Shown: piece by piece, positions 10,570-19,844 of the stretch
Layout: every line of letters begins with the position of its first letter
Position numbering within the stretch: the first letter of the stretch is position 1
NCBI GenBank assembly: GCA_016872555.1
Contig: VGZO01000008.1
Span: 25,323-89,322, forward strand
DNA from: Planctomycetota bacterium
GTDB taxonomy: Bacteria > Planctomycetota > Planctomycetia > Pirellulales > UBA1268
Reading direction: 5' to 3'
Length of the DNA stretch: 64,000 nucleotides
The notes under the pieces: model-generated
Seen by the model: the letters and a program-made list of their open reading frames with translations, nothing else
What the model was told of the DNA's origin: nothing
Databases searched by the model: none
Position numbers and translations under genes: made by a program

Positions 10570-11729
10570 TCGTTGCTCACCACTTCGCCACCCGCCTTGG
10601 TGCCCATCGCCCCCCACACGCCGTAGGCGCTCGGGCCCTGGGCGATGTTGGGAAGTGCCAGGTTTCCGGTGTCGATGTTGTCGCTGATGAACCGCACCGA
10701 CGCGTCGGCCATCACGGCGTTGACACCGCCCGGATGGTAGCTCGTCGGCGGGATGAGCTGGTGGGGAAAGTCGTGCGTAGTGCCGCTGTTGCACCCCGGG
10801 CCATTCGGCGGGCTGATCGTGTTGAATCCGTTGAACGCCGGGCGGGCAAACATCCAGTCGCGGCCGGCACGGGGCACGACGACGGCCGATGTGTATGACT
10901 GACCGGAGACCTGGGCCGAACAGACGATCGGGCTGGTCTCGAACCCGGCGACGTTGCCAGCCTGCGTCTCGCGGACCAGGAAGCTGTTGTCACGGCCGCG
11001 GATCCGCTCCGACATCAGGAGCGTCTTGCTCGTGCCGTCGGTGATGTCTTTCATCGCCGTGAAGTTGGGCTCGGTCGGGGCGCCGGGATTGACGCCACCG
11101 ATCAGGCCGCGGCCGAAGATGCCGCGGGTGATCGTCGTCTCGGAGACGTTTTGGCAGACGTCGCCCATCGAGAACACGTAATTGGTCGTGCCACGGTTGC
11201 CGTCCCCGTGGAACGCCGTCGTCCGTCCGTCAGACGGGCAGCGGAGCGTGGGCACCTGGGCCATCATGATGTTGGAGAATGCTCCAGCAGGCCCAGGCAC
11301 ACTTGCAGAGCCTCGCCACGGCTGAAAATTGTCAGGTGGATTCCCTGCCGCTGGGAATGACAAAACCCCCGTGCTCGTCAGCCAGTTGACGATCGTGTCG
11401 TAGTAGGTGCCCTGCTCGTAGAACGGCAGCAGCGGGAGATTCCCGCTCCACCATTCGAGGATGTAGACGTACTGCGGGGCGATCCGCGGGCTGGTGATCT
11501 TCATGTCCTGCCCGCGGAGGGCGACGAAGTGCTTCCGCGAATCATGGTAGGTCTGGTTGGCCAGGCCGAGTTGCTTGAGGTTGTTGGTGCAACGCGAGCG
11601 GTTGGCCGCCTCACGGGCAGCCTGCACGGCGGGCAGCAGCAGCCCGACGAGCGTCCCGATGATGGCGATGACGACGAGCAACTCGACGAGCGTGAAGCCG
11701 CTCGGACCGCGGCGGTGAGCATGTGGCAT
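10566..11729 (-). CDS. DUF1559 / H-X9-DG domain protein with prepilin-type N-terminal methylation motif
   Basis: ATG at 11729. N-terminus is [30 protein letters not shown]-terminal signature [26 protein letters not shown] is present. Confidence 0.85.
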   Translation of the reverse strand: MPHAHRRGPSGFTLVELLVVIAIIGTLVGLLLPAVQAAREAANRSRCTNNLKQLGLANQTYHDSRKHFVALRGQDMKITSPRIAPQYVYILEWWSGNLPLLPFYEQGTYYDTIVNWLTSTGVLSFPAAGNPPDNFQPWRGSASVPGPAGAFSNIMMAQVPTLRCPSDGRTTAFHGDGNRGTTNYVFSMGDVCQNVSETTITRGIFGRGLIGGVNPGAPTEPNFTAMKDITDGTSKTLLMSERIRGRDNSFLVRETQAGNVAGFETSPIVCSAQVSGQSYTSAVVVPRAGRDWMFARPAFNGFNTISPPNGPGCNSGTTHDFPHQLIPPTSYHPGGVNAVMADASVRFISDNIDTGNLALPNIAQGPSAYGVWGAMGTKAGGEVVSNE

Positions 11730-11894
11730 CGGACGGCACTCCAGACTGGGAAACGATGACGAGACGATGGATGGGGCCGAAAAATGGGGGAATCAGGATA
11801 AAAATGGCCGGGGTCAGGCAGCGAGCGCAGTCGAGACGATCACCCACGGCGATCGACGAATTCCCCCGCTCCCCAAGGCCCTTGGCAACCTGCA

Positions 11895-11922
11895 AAATTA
11901 TCGGTTGCGGCGCCGGTGTCAA
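11895..11922 (-). promoter_or_regulatory. candidate sigma70-like promoter for the DUF1559/lipoprotein operon
   Basis: The minus strand reads TTGACA-N16-TAATTT (plus-strand tgtcaa at 11917-11922 and aaatta at 11895-11900), about 170 bp upstream of ATG 11729. This is sequence resemblance only. Confidence 0.3.
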
Positions 11923-12054
11923 CATGAAAACGTCATGCTATGGAACGGTTTTCTCGGGGGTTCAAGGGTGTCCCCACCGTTGCGGGGCAGGGTAGGAGTT
12001 CTCCCCACTGCCATCGGCCCATGCCCGGCCAGCCTCGGCCCGACGGCGCGGCCA

Positions 12055-12744
12055 TCACGCGAATCGTGCGGCGGCGGCGAGCGCCGCGGTCTCGACGCGG
12101 AGAACGTGCCGCGAAAATGACACACGCCTCGCGCCAGCGGCCAGGGCGACGGCGATCTCCTCCGGCGTGAAGCCCCCCTCCGGCCCGACGAGCACCAGCA
12201 CCGCTGCCGCACCGGGATCGGGCGCCGGCGCCGCGCCGCCGGCGTCGGCAAGGAGGAGCGACGTCCCCGCGTGCGGGCCGCGAACCGCTTCGTCCATCGT
12301 CGCCGGGGGGAGGATCGTCATCAGGTGATCGCGCCGGCACTGCTTGCAGGCTTCGAGCACCGCGCGCTCGAGCCGCGTGCGGGCCGCGGGGCCGGGCTCG
12401 GCGACGCCGCGCGTCGTCAGCAGCGGCAGCAGGGAAGCGGCCCCCAATTCGGTGAGTTTTTCGGCGAGCCACTGCTGGCGCTCTCCCTTGGGAAGCGCCA
12501 CGGCGACGGTCAGCGACGGACTGCCTGGGACTGGCGTCACCACCGGCGCGCCCGTGGACAGCTCGACGCGGTCGCGGCCGATCGCCGCGACTTCCGCCGG
12601 CCAGCGCGTGCCCCGGCCGTCGAACAGCTCGACGCGATCCCCGACGCGCGCCCGCATCACCCGCGCCAGATGGCGGGCCTCGTCCCCCTCGAGCAGCGCC
12701 CGGCCGTCGCGCGGAGGCTCGGGGAGGAAGAAGCGTTCGCTCAT
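12055..12744 (-). CDS. rsmE: 16S rRNA (uracil1498-N3)-methyltransferase
   Basis: Start at ATG 12744 (MSERFFLPEPP). Motifs DEARHLARVMRARVGD, KGERQQWLAEKLTELG and LVGPEGGFTPEE are present. Confidence 0.85.
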   Translation of the reverse strand: MSERFFLPEPPRDGRALLEGDEARHLARVMRARVGDRVELFDGRGTRWPAEVAAIGRDRVELSTGAPVVTPVPGSPSLTVAVALPKGERQQWLAEKLTELGAASLLPLLTTRGVAEPGPAARTRLERAVLEACKQCRRDHLMTILPPATMDEAVRGPHAGTSLLLADAGGAAPAPDPGAAAVLVLVGPEGGFTPEEIAVALAAGARRVSFSRHVLRVETAALAAAARFA

Positions 12745-12931
12745 CGGATGGACCCCGGGCTCGAGGCGATGGCGGGAAAGGACACGTTTCGGAGGGCAGG
12801 GAAACGACCGCGGCCGCCAGCGGACGAGGCCATTGTCCACTCCCGGGGCCCTCCGCGCCAGCGATTGCCCCTGACCTGCCCCTCGGCCGTCGCTACATTC
12901 GCGGCGACTTCGCTCCCCGCCACTCGTTCCG

Positions 12932-13807
12932 ATGCCGTCTCGCGATCCTCCGCCGGGTCCCGCTCCGTTCGACGGCACGCTGTCGCCGGCGACGTTCCAC
13001 GTCGCGCAGCCGCAGGAAGAAGCGCTGGCCCGGCTCGAATGGCTCCATGGGCAGCGGCAGCGGCTCGGCGTCGTGACCGCGGCAACCGGCGGCGGGAAGA
13101 GCCACTTCCTCGCCGCGGCGGCGCGGAGGCTGGCGGGGGCCGGCGCCGAGGTCGCGGTGCTGTCGCTGGCCGGCCTGGGCGCCGGTGAATGGATCGGGCT
13201 GCTCCTCGAGCGGCTGCCGCTCGACCCGGCCAGCCGCGCCGACCCTGGGAGCGAGTGGAGCCGGCTCGAGGCGCGCCTCCGAGAGAACACGCTCATGGAG
13301 CGGACCACGGCGCTGCTGTTCGACGATGTCGACCGCGGTCCCGCCGACGTGCTGGCCGGCATCGGCCGGCTGACGGGGGGCGCCGAGCCGCGCTTCGCAC
13401 GCGTGCTGGTCGTGGCGACGGCGCTGCCCGAGGCCCTCGCCGCGCTCCCGGCGCAGCTCCGGTCGCAGATCACGCTGCGGATCGATCTGCCGCCGTGGAC
13501 GGAAGCCGAGGTCGCCGCGTTCCTCGACTGGGAAGGGGCCCGGATCGGCGCGCGCGAGCCGCTGTTCTCGCCGGTGGCGGCCGGGGCCCTCGCCCGGTTC
13601 ACCGGCGGTGTCCCCCGCCGCGTGGTGCAGTTGGCGCGACTGGCGCTGGCTGCCGCGGCCGGAGCCAACGTGGCGACGGTCGATCCCGAGCTCGTCGAGC
13701 GCGCGTGGTGCGAGTTGCTTCCCGCCCACGCCCCGGCGCCGCAGGCGACCGTCGAGACGGCCACCACGCCGGCCACGGTCCGCCCGGTCCGCCGCCTCTG
13801 GAGCTGA
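12932..13807 (+). CDS. AAA ATPase, ExeA/GspA-like
   Basis: Walker A is TAATGGGKSHFL and a Walker B-like segment is ALLFDDVD. It is divergent from rsmE. Confidence 0.6.
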   Translation: MPSRDPPPGPAPFDGTLSPATFHVAQPQEEALARLEWLHGQRQRLGVVTAATGGGKSHFLAAAARRLAGAGAEVAVLSLAGLGAGEWIGLLLERLPLDPASRADPGSEWSRLEARLRENTLMERTTALLFDDVDRGPADVLAGIGRLTGGAEPRFARVLVVATALPEALAALPAQLRSQITLRIDLPPWTEAEVAAFLDWEGARIGAREPLFSPVAAGALARFTGGVPRRVVQLARLALAAAAGANVATVDPELVERAWCELLPAHAPAPQATVETATTPATVRPVRRLWS

Positions 13808-13881
13808 TGGGGAAACGCCGATTCCCGGCGCCCGTCGCGGGAAAAACCCTGGTACGATCGACCACTCATCCGGAGGTTCCG

Positions 13882-14682
13882 ATGCCCGTTTCCCCGGCCG
13901 CCAAAGACAGGTCGCCCGACGCCCGGCGGCGCGGGCGGATCGTCGCCGTCTCCCCCGACGACGGCAGCGCGATCGACCTCAAGAACCCGGCGCTGGCGGC
14001 GCTCCTCTCCTGGCTCGTCCCCGGTCTCGGGCAGCTCTACCAGGGGCGCCGCTTCAAAGGTGGCCTGTTGATGGGCATGATCCTGTTCACGCTCGTGGTC
14101 GGGATGTGGCTCGGCGGTGGCCGGTCGGTGTATGCCTCGTGGACCCCGCGGGCGTTGGCTCCGGGGCGGCCGCTCGTGGCGCGGATCGACCGCTGGAGCT
14201 TCCTCTGCCAGGCCGGCATCGGGATCGTCGCCCTGCCGGCGCTGGTCCAGACGTCGAGCCTCCATGGCACCGCCCGCGAGCCGCTGCTTCCCGGTAGCTT
14301 CCTCGCGCCGCCGCTGGTCCCCAGGCAGGTCGTGTCGCGCCGCTATGCCGACCGGCTCGTGCAGGCCGATCCCGACATCGAACCCGACGACTTCGTCGAT
14401 CGTCCCCCGGGGAAGGAGAGCCGCTTCGACCAGGTGTCGCTGTGGCACCGGCGCCTGGGGCGCTGGTTCGACATCGGCACGCTGTGGACGATGCTCGCCG
14501 GGATGCTCAATCTGCTCGTGGTGTACGACGCCTGGGCCGGTCCGATGGTGGCCACCGGAAGCCCGGGGAAGGGAACGCCATCGGGTGATGGCGGCCCCGA
14601 GCCCGGTCCCGGTCGCGGGCCGGGCGGTGGTCGGGAGAGCGGCGGCGACGGCCGCCGCCCGGCGCGGGAGCGCGGCACATGA
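13882..14682 (+). CDS. integral membrane protein (GLGQLYxGRxxKG motif family)
   Basis: ATG 13882 is preceded by GGAGG at 13873-13877. Contains LLSWLVPGLGQLYQGRRFKGGLLMGMILF plus further hydrophobic segments and a Gly/Pro-rich tail. Confidence 0.6.
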   Translation: MPVSPAAKDRSPDARRRGRIVAVSPDDGSAIDLKNPALAALLSWLVPGLGQLYQGRRFKGGLLMGMILFTLVVGMWLGGGRSVYASWTPRALAPGRPLVARIDRWSFLCQAGIGIVALPALVQTSSLHGTAREPLLPGSFLAPPLVPRQVVSRRYADRLVQADPDIEPDDFVDRPPGKESRFDQVSLWHRRLGRWFDIGTLWTMLAGMLNLLVVYDAWAGPMVATGSPGKGTPSGDGGPEPGPGRGPGGGRESGGDGRRPARERGT

Positions 14683-14942
14683 ACAGCTTCACGGCGCTGG
14701 TCGCCGCGTCCGCGGCGCTGCAATCGCCGGTCTGCCTGCCCTTGGCGGTGGGCTGGTTGGGGAGCGTGCCGGGGCTGTTGTTCGGACTGCCGCTGCTGGT
14801 GGTCGCCGGGACCGTCTTCGCCGCCACGCACCACGAGGATCCGACGATGATCCTCCGTGCGACGGGTCACTGGATCGGTTGGCTCGGCGGCATCCTCGGC
14901 GCCGTGCTCGCGGTCGTGATCCTGATCGGCTGGCTCGTCTGA
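14679..14942 (+). CDS. small membrane protein (87 aa)
   Basis: ATGA overlap with the upstream stop. There are three hydrophobic stretches. No recognised family. Confidence 0.5.
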   Translation: MNSFTALVAASAALQSPVCLPLAVGWLGSVPGLLFGLPLLVVAGTVFAATHHEDPTMILRATGHWIGWLGGILGAVLAVVILIGWLV

Positions 14943-15994
14943 TCCGCAGCCGCGTCCGGGGAACATCCCTCGAGCGCCGCCGCACGGCGCAGCTGCCCGC
15001 AGGCGGCGTCGATCCGCGCCCCTTTGCGCCGCCGCACCTGGACGTTCACGCCGGCGTCGCGGAGCACCGTCAGGAAGCCGTCGCGCGCCTGCGCCGAGGG
15101 TTCTTTCCAAGGGAGTCCGGCGACGGCGTTGTACGGGATGACGTTGACCAGCGCCGCCCGCCCGGCGAGCAGCCGGACGAGGTCGCGCGCCTGGCGCGGC
15201 GAGTCGTTGATCCCGCCGAGCAGGACGTATTCGTAGGTCAGCCTCCGTCCCGATGCTTCCCAGTAGCGGTCGGCGGCCGCCATCACCTCCGCCAGACCGA
15301 TCGAGGCGTTGACCGGGACGAGGCGCGTGCGGAGGGCGTCGTCGGCGGCGTGGAGCGAGACGGCGAGATGGTAGCCGGGCGCCGCGGCGGTGAGCCGGTC
15401 GATCCCCTTCGGCAGCCCGACGGTGGAGATCGTGATCCGCCGCGCCGAGATGCCGGGGCCGTCGCGGTCCTCGATGGCGGCCAGGGCGGGGAGGAGCCGG
15501 TCGAGGTTCGCCAGCGGCTCCCCCATCCCCATCACGACGACGTGGCTGAGGCGCTCGAGAGCCGGCAGGAGCCGCGCGAGGCGCAGGACCTGCTCGAGGA
15601 TCTCGCCGGTGGTCAGGTTGCGGATCACGCCATCCAGGCCGCTGGCGCAGAACACGCACCCCATCGCGCAGCCCACCTGCGTGCTGATGCACACCGTCCG
15701 CCGGGCGCCGTCGCGGAGGAGGACGCACTCGATCCGCTGGCCGTCGGCGAGCTGGAGGAGCAGTTTCTCGGTGCCGTCGGCGGTGCGGAGGTGCCGCGCG
15801 ACGGTCGTCGACCAGATCGAGAACGTGCCGGCGAGCTCGTCGCGGAGGCCGGCCGGGAGATCACTCATCGCCGCAAACGATTCCGCCCGGCCGCCGTGGA
15901 GCCAGCGGCGGATGGCCCGTTCGCGCCACGCGGGCTGGCCGCGGCTTGCCAGCCAGTCGGCGAGGTGCGGGCCCGGTTCGAGGATGTGGTGCAT
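14867..15994 (-). CDS. rlmN: 23S rRNA/tRNA (adenine2503-C2)-methyltransferase, radical SAM
   Basis: Radical-SAM cluster motif CAMGCVFC is present, along with VMGMGEPLAN, ISTVG and GARIDAACGQL. Confidence 0.9.
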   Translation of the reverse strand: MHHILEPGPHLADWLASRGQPAWRERAIRRWLHGGRAESFAAMSDLPAGLRDELAGTFSIWSTTVARHLRTADGTEKLLLQLADGQRIECVLLRDGARRTVCISTQVGCAMGCVFCASGLDGVIRNLTTGEILEQVLRLARLLPALERLSHVVVMGMGEPLANLDRLLPALAAIEDRDGPGISARRITISTVGLPKGIDRLTAAAPGYHLAVSLHAADDALRTRLVPVNASIGLAEVMAAADRYWEASGRRLTYEYVLLGGINDSPRQARDLVRLLAGRAALVNVIPYNAVAGLPWKEPSAQARDGFLTVLRDAGVNVQVRRRKGARIDAACGQLRRAAALEGCSPDAAADQTSQPIRITTASTAPRMPPSQPIQ

Positions 15995-16188
15995 GGCGCG
16001 CGGCGAGGTGACGGTCTGGTAACGGCGTTGGATCCGCGGTAGTTTTTCGGGGGCGATCCCGACGCACCCGTGCCGTGCAGGGGCGACCGTCCTGGCGCCC
16101 CCGTGGGTCGGGCGGCGGATCGGTGCCCCGCCGCGGTCGTCAAATTGTCAGTTTCCCCTCTCCTGGGACCTCACGCGAGCCCGCAGCG

Positions 16189-16404
16189 ATGAACGAGCGG
16201 AAATACGAGGAACGGACCCGCTGGGTCTACGACGAGCAGGCGTTTCCGGTCTGGAACCGCGAATTCGAGAAACCGGCCCGCGCCGAGATGATCGCCGAGG
16301 ATCTCTGGGCCGGTCGCAGCATCGCCATCCTGCTGGCGTCGCTGGTGGCGATCGGCTTGATCCTCGCGCTCGGGACGGTTGCTTTCGTCTCCGGCTGGCG
16401 GTGA
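16189..16404 (+). CDS. small membrane-anchored protein (71 aa)
   Basis: Start at ATG 16189 (MNERKYEE). There is a single C-terminal TM segment, SIAILLASLVAIGLILALGTVAFV. Confidence 0.45.
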   Translation: MNERKYEERTRWVYDEQAFPVWNREFEKPARAEMIAEDLWAGRSIAILLASLVAIGLILALGTVAFVSGWR

Positions 16405-16697
16405 TCGGCCGGATCTGGACTCTGCCCATTCGTGGGGCACGCCGAGGCACTCCGCCGCGGTCGCCGTCGAGGCGTTGCGGCGTCGAGGTGAATGCCCCCC
16501 GTCCACGCTCGATCGTCGTGGAGGGGTGGTTCCAGGGGCTTGGTCCAAGGATCCTCCCCCTCGGTCCGCGAGGGTTTCGTGAGGACTCTGTGATGAATCC
16601 ATGAGGGGGGGGGATTGGCAGCCGGCGAGCGATACGTAGTTTTTTGAGGCGGGGCAGGGCTGGTCATCGACGTGCAAAACCAGTGAAGAACCAGTCC

Positions 16698-17663
16698 ATG
16701 GTCATTCCTGAAGGCTTGCATCGGCGTGGCGACCGTCGAGAGATCGGCACGGTCGTCGAGCGCGCCCCCGGCAAGCTGAATCTCACGCTTGCGGTCATTG
16801 CCGGGCGGAGCGACGGCTACCACGACATCGAATCGCTGATGGTCCCGGTGTCGCTGGCCGACACCGTCGCCGTGCGGAGCAACGATGCCGGTCGGTTCAC
16901 GCTCGAGATTTCCACGGCGGGGCGGCTTTCGCGGGGAAAGGTGCCGGCGGGCGACGTTCCCGCCGACGACACGAATCTCGTCCTCCGCGCCGCCCGGCTG
17001 CTCGCGGCGGAATCCGGCGAACGGCGCGGGCTCGACATCGTCCTTTGCAAGGAAATACCGGCCGGTTCGGGGCTCGGGGGCGGATCGAGCGATGCCGCGG
17101 CGCTGCTCCGTGCGGCGTGTGTTGCCTGGGGGCTGACGTGGCCCGCCGAGCGTCTCGCTGCCGTGGGGGCGCGGATCGGCAGCGATATCCCGTGGTTTTT
17201 CGCGGGCGGGGCGGCGATCGTCTCGGGCCGCGGTGAACGCGTCGGACCGTCCCTGCCGATCGGCGCGGGCTGGGCGGTGATCGCCCGCCCGGAGTCGGGG
17301 CTGTCGACGCCGGCCGTCTACCGGGAGTGCCGCCCCGACGGTGCGCGGCGTGGCAGCGCTGCGGCGGTCGCCACGGCGCTGGCGGAGGGGCGCTGGCGCA
17401 GCGCCGTCGCCGGTCTGGGCAACGACCTCGAGCCGGCAGCGATGCGGCTTTCGCCCGACGTCGGCCGGTTGCTGGCGGCGCTCCGCGCCGCCGGTGCGGT
17501 GCGGCCGCTGCTCACCGGCAGCGGGAGCGCATGCTTCGCGCTGACGAGAGGCCAGTTCGAGGCCCGGCGGATCGCCGCGCGGCTGGAAGCGCGGGGGTGG
17601 CCTGGCGTGTGGGTGGTGCGGACGGGAGGCGAGGTGATCGGCTCGTCGAGTCGCGCCGCCTGA
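16698..17663 (+). CDS. ispE: 4-(cytidine 5'-diphospho)-2-C-methyl-D-erythritol kinase
   Basis: Start at ATG 16698. Motifs APGKLNLTL, GYHDIESLM and the GHMP motif IPAGSGLGGGSSDAAA are present. Confidence 0.88.
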   Translation: MVIPEGLHRRGDRREIGTVVERAPGKLNLTLAVIAGRSDGYHDIESLMVPVSLADTVAVRSNDAGRFTLEISTAGRLSRGKVPAGDVPADDTNLVLRAARLLAAESGERRGLDIVLCKEIPAGSGLGGGSSDAAALLRAACVAWGLTWPAERLAAVGARIGSDIPWFFAGGAAIVSGRGERVGPSLPIGAGWAVIARPESGLSTPAVYRECRPDGARRGSAAAVATALAEGRWRSAVAGLGNDLEPAAMRLSPDVGRLLAALRAAGAVRPLLTGSGSACFALTRGQFEARRIAARLEARGWPGVWVVRTGGEVIGSSSRAA

Positions 17664-17717
17664 GGGCGGTCGCAGCGTCGGCTGGCCGGCAGGGAATGGA
17701 CACCAAAGGAGGGCATC

Positions 17718-18242
17718 GTGAGGATCACCGAGGTGCGCATCAAACTCGTCCCGCGGGCGGCCGACCGCCTGCTGGCATTCGGAGCGATCACGATCGACCA
17801 TGAATTCGTCGTCCGTGATCTCAAGCTGATCATGGGCCCCCAAGGGCCGTTCGTGGCGATGCCGAGCCGCAAGCTCACCGGCCACTGTCCGAAGTGCAGT
17901 CAGAAAAACTCCCTCGGCGCACGGTACTGCAACCAGTGCGGGGGCAGGCAACCGGAGATGCCCCCGCCGAGCGATGCCGAGGGACGCCGTCGCCTCTATG
18001 CCGACATCGCCCATCCGATCTCGATCGCCAGCCGGATGACCGTCGAGCGGGTGGTCGTCGAGGAATACGAACGCGAACTGGAGCGCTCACGGCATCCGGG
18101 CTACGCCCCGCGTCACGACGACCTCGGCGACGTCGAGTTCCTCGCCCCGGTGCTGTCCCATGGCATGGGCGGACACCCCGGTGCCGAGGCGCCGTCGCGG
18201 GCGTGCCCGGCAGGCGCGGAGGGGTCGCAGCCGTCCCGGTGA
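17718..18242 (+). CDS. spoVG: SpoVG family protein with internal zinc-ribbon insertion and C-terminal extension
   Basis: GTG start at 17718 is preceded by AAGGAGGG. The SpoVG core is ITEVRIKL...ITIDHEFVVRDLKLIMGPQGPFVAMPSRK...DIAHPIS. A CPKC-x10-CNQC insertion lies between the core parts. Confidence 0.8.
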   Translation: MRITEVRIKLVPRAADRLLAFGAITIDHEFVVRDLKLIMGPQGPFVAMPSRKLTGHCPKCSQKNSLGARYCNQCGGRQPEMPPPSDAEGRRRLYADIAHPISIASRMTVERVVVEEYERELERSRHPGYAPRHDDLGDVEFLAPVLSHGMGGHPGAEAPSRACPAGAEGSQPSR

Positions 18243-18257
18243 CCCCGGGGCGGCGCG

Positions 18258-19121
18258 TCAGCCGCCGGCCCGGACGAGTTGGTGGAACGCCGCGGCGAGG
18301 CGCCGGGTGACCGGCCCGGGGACGCCGTCGCCGATCGCGCGGCCGTCGAGCTCGACGACCGGGACGACCTCGGCGGCCGTCCCGGTGATGAACATCTCGT
18401 CGGCGGTGTAGAGGTCGTGACGGGTGAGCGTCGCCTCGCGGCAGTCGATGCCGGCGGCGACGGCCAGTTCCATCACCGCCCCGCGGGTGATCCCCTCGAG
18501 GATCCCGGCGTCGGGAGGGGGGGTGAGAAGGCGGCTGCCGCGGACCACGAACACGTTGTCGGCCGTGCACTCGGCGACTTCACCCTTGTGGTTGAGCATC
18601 AGGGCCTCGACGCAGCCGGCCTGCTTCCCCTCGAGCTTGGCCATGATGTTGTTGAGGTAGTTGAGCGACTTGATCCGCGGCGATAGCGCCGCCGGGTGGG
18701 AGCGCTGCGTGGCGGCCGTCACCAGCCGCAGACCGCGCTCGACCTGCTCCGCGGGATAGAGGGCGAGCCGGTCGGCGATCACGATCACCTGCGGGGCGCT
18801 GGTCCGCGCCGGATCGAGGCCGAGGCTCCCGGCCCCGCGCGTCACGACGACGCGCACGTAGCCGTCCGGCAGGCCGTTGGCGGCGAGCGTCTCGTCGATG
18901 GCGCGGCCAAGCACGTCGCGGGCGACGGGGATCTCGAGGCAGATCGCCCGGGCGCTGGCCCACAGCCGGTCGAGGTGCTCGGCGAGGCGGAACACGCGGC
19001 CGGAGTAGGCCCGCAAGCCCTCGAACACGCCGTCGCCGTACAGCAGGCCGTGGTCGAAGACGCTCACCCGGGCCTCGGCCTCGGGCACGAGCCGGTCGTT
19101 CATGAACACGAGTCGGGACAT
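18258..19121 (-). CDS. ilvE: branched-chain amino acid aminotransferase (class IV)
   Basis: Motifs DHGLLYGDGVFEGLRAY, KSLNYLNNIMAK and ILEGITR are present. Confidence 0.88.
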   Translation of the reverse strand: MSRLVFMNDRLVPEAEARVSVFDHGLLYGDGVFEGLRAYSGRVFRLAEHLDRLWASARAICLEIPVARDVLGRAIDETLAANGLPDGYVRVVVTRGAGSLGLDPARTSAPQVIVIADRLALYPAEQVERGLRLVTAATQRSHPAALSPRIKSLNYLNNIMAKLEGKQAGCVEALMLNHKGEVAECTADNVFVVRGSRLLTPPPDAGILEGITRGAVMELAVAAGIDCREATLTRHDLYTADEMFITGTAAEVVPVVELDGRAIGDGVPGPVTRRLAAAFHQLVRAGG

Positions 19122-19136
19122 GGTCCACCCGGCGGA

Positions 19137-19844
19137 TCAGGCGTCCTCGACCCTGCCGGCCGCCAGCCGGACGACGCGATCGGCCCGCGCGGCGATCGCG
19201 GGATCGTGCGTGACCAAGACTATAGAAAGGCCGTCGGCGCGGTTCAACTCGACCAGCGCGTCGAGGATCCCCGCGCCGCTGTCGGCGTCGAGGTTGCCGG
19301 TCGGCTCGTCGGCGAGGAGCACGCCCGGCCGCGTGACCAGTGCCCGGGCGATCGCCACGCGCTGCATCTCGCCCCCCGACAGCTGCCGGGGCTTGTGGTG
19401 GAGCCGCCCGGACAGGCCGAACCGTCCGAGCAGTTCCTCGGCGTCGCGCCGGGCGGCCTGCCGACGGGAGAGCCAGGCGAGGGGCCCGTGGCGCACCAGC
19501 AGCGGCGACAGCACGTTTTCCACCGCGTCGAGCTCGGGGAGGAGGTGATACGACTGGAACACCATCCCGATCGCCGTGTTGCGGAGGCGGTCGCGGCGCC
19601 CGGCAGGCTGGTCGTCGGCACGGACGCCGTCGAGGAGCACCGCGCCGCCGTCGGGAGCGTCGAGCAGCCCCATCAGGTGCAACAGCGTGCTTTTCCCGGA
19701 GCCGCTCGACCCGACGATCGCCACGAACTCGCCCGGGGCGACTGCCAGGTCGATCCCGCGGAGCACGTCGAGCGTGCCGCCGCCGGAGCGGTAGCGCTTG
19801 ACGAGGCCCTCGACGGCGATCGCGGCAGGCGCGGCATCAATCAT
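19137..19844 (-). CDS. ABC transporter ATP-binding protein, LolD-like
   Basis: Start at ATG 19844, an 8-bp overlap with the permease stop. Walker A is GSSGSGKST, signature is LSGGEMQRVAIARAL and Walker B is LLADEPTGNLD. Confidence 0.85.
   Translation of the reverse strand: MIDAAPAAIAVEGLVKRYRSGGGTLDVLRGIDLAVAPGEFVAIVGSSGSGKSTLLHLMGLLDAPDGGAVLLDGVRADDQPAGRRDRLRNTAIGMVFQSYHLLPELDAVENVLSPLLVRHGPLAWLSRRQAARRDAEELLGRFGLSGRLHHKPRQLSGGEMQRVAIARALVTRPGVLLADEPTGNLDADSGAGILDALVELNRADGLSIVLVTHDPAIAARADRVVRLAAGRVEDA

Noticed and set aside
16605-16613. A G9 homopolymer tract about 85 bp upstream of ispE, considered as a phase-variation site.
   Set aside because: Short poly-G runs are expected by composition in this genome (G7 runs also occur at about 33185 and 60124). 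Its position relative to a promoter is unknown, and ispE is an essential housekeeping gene.
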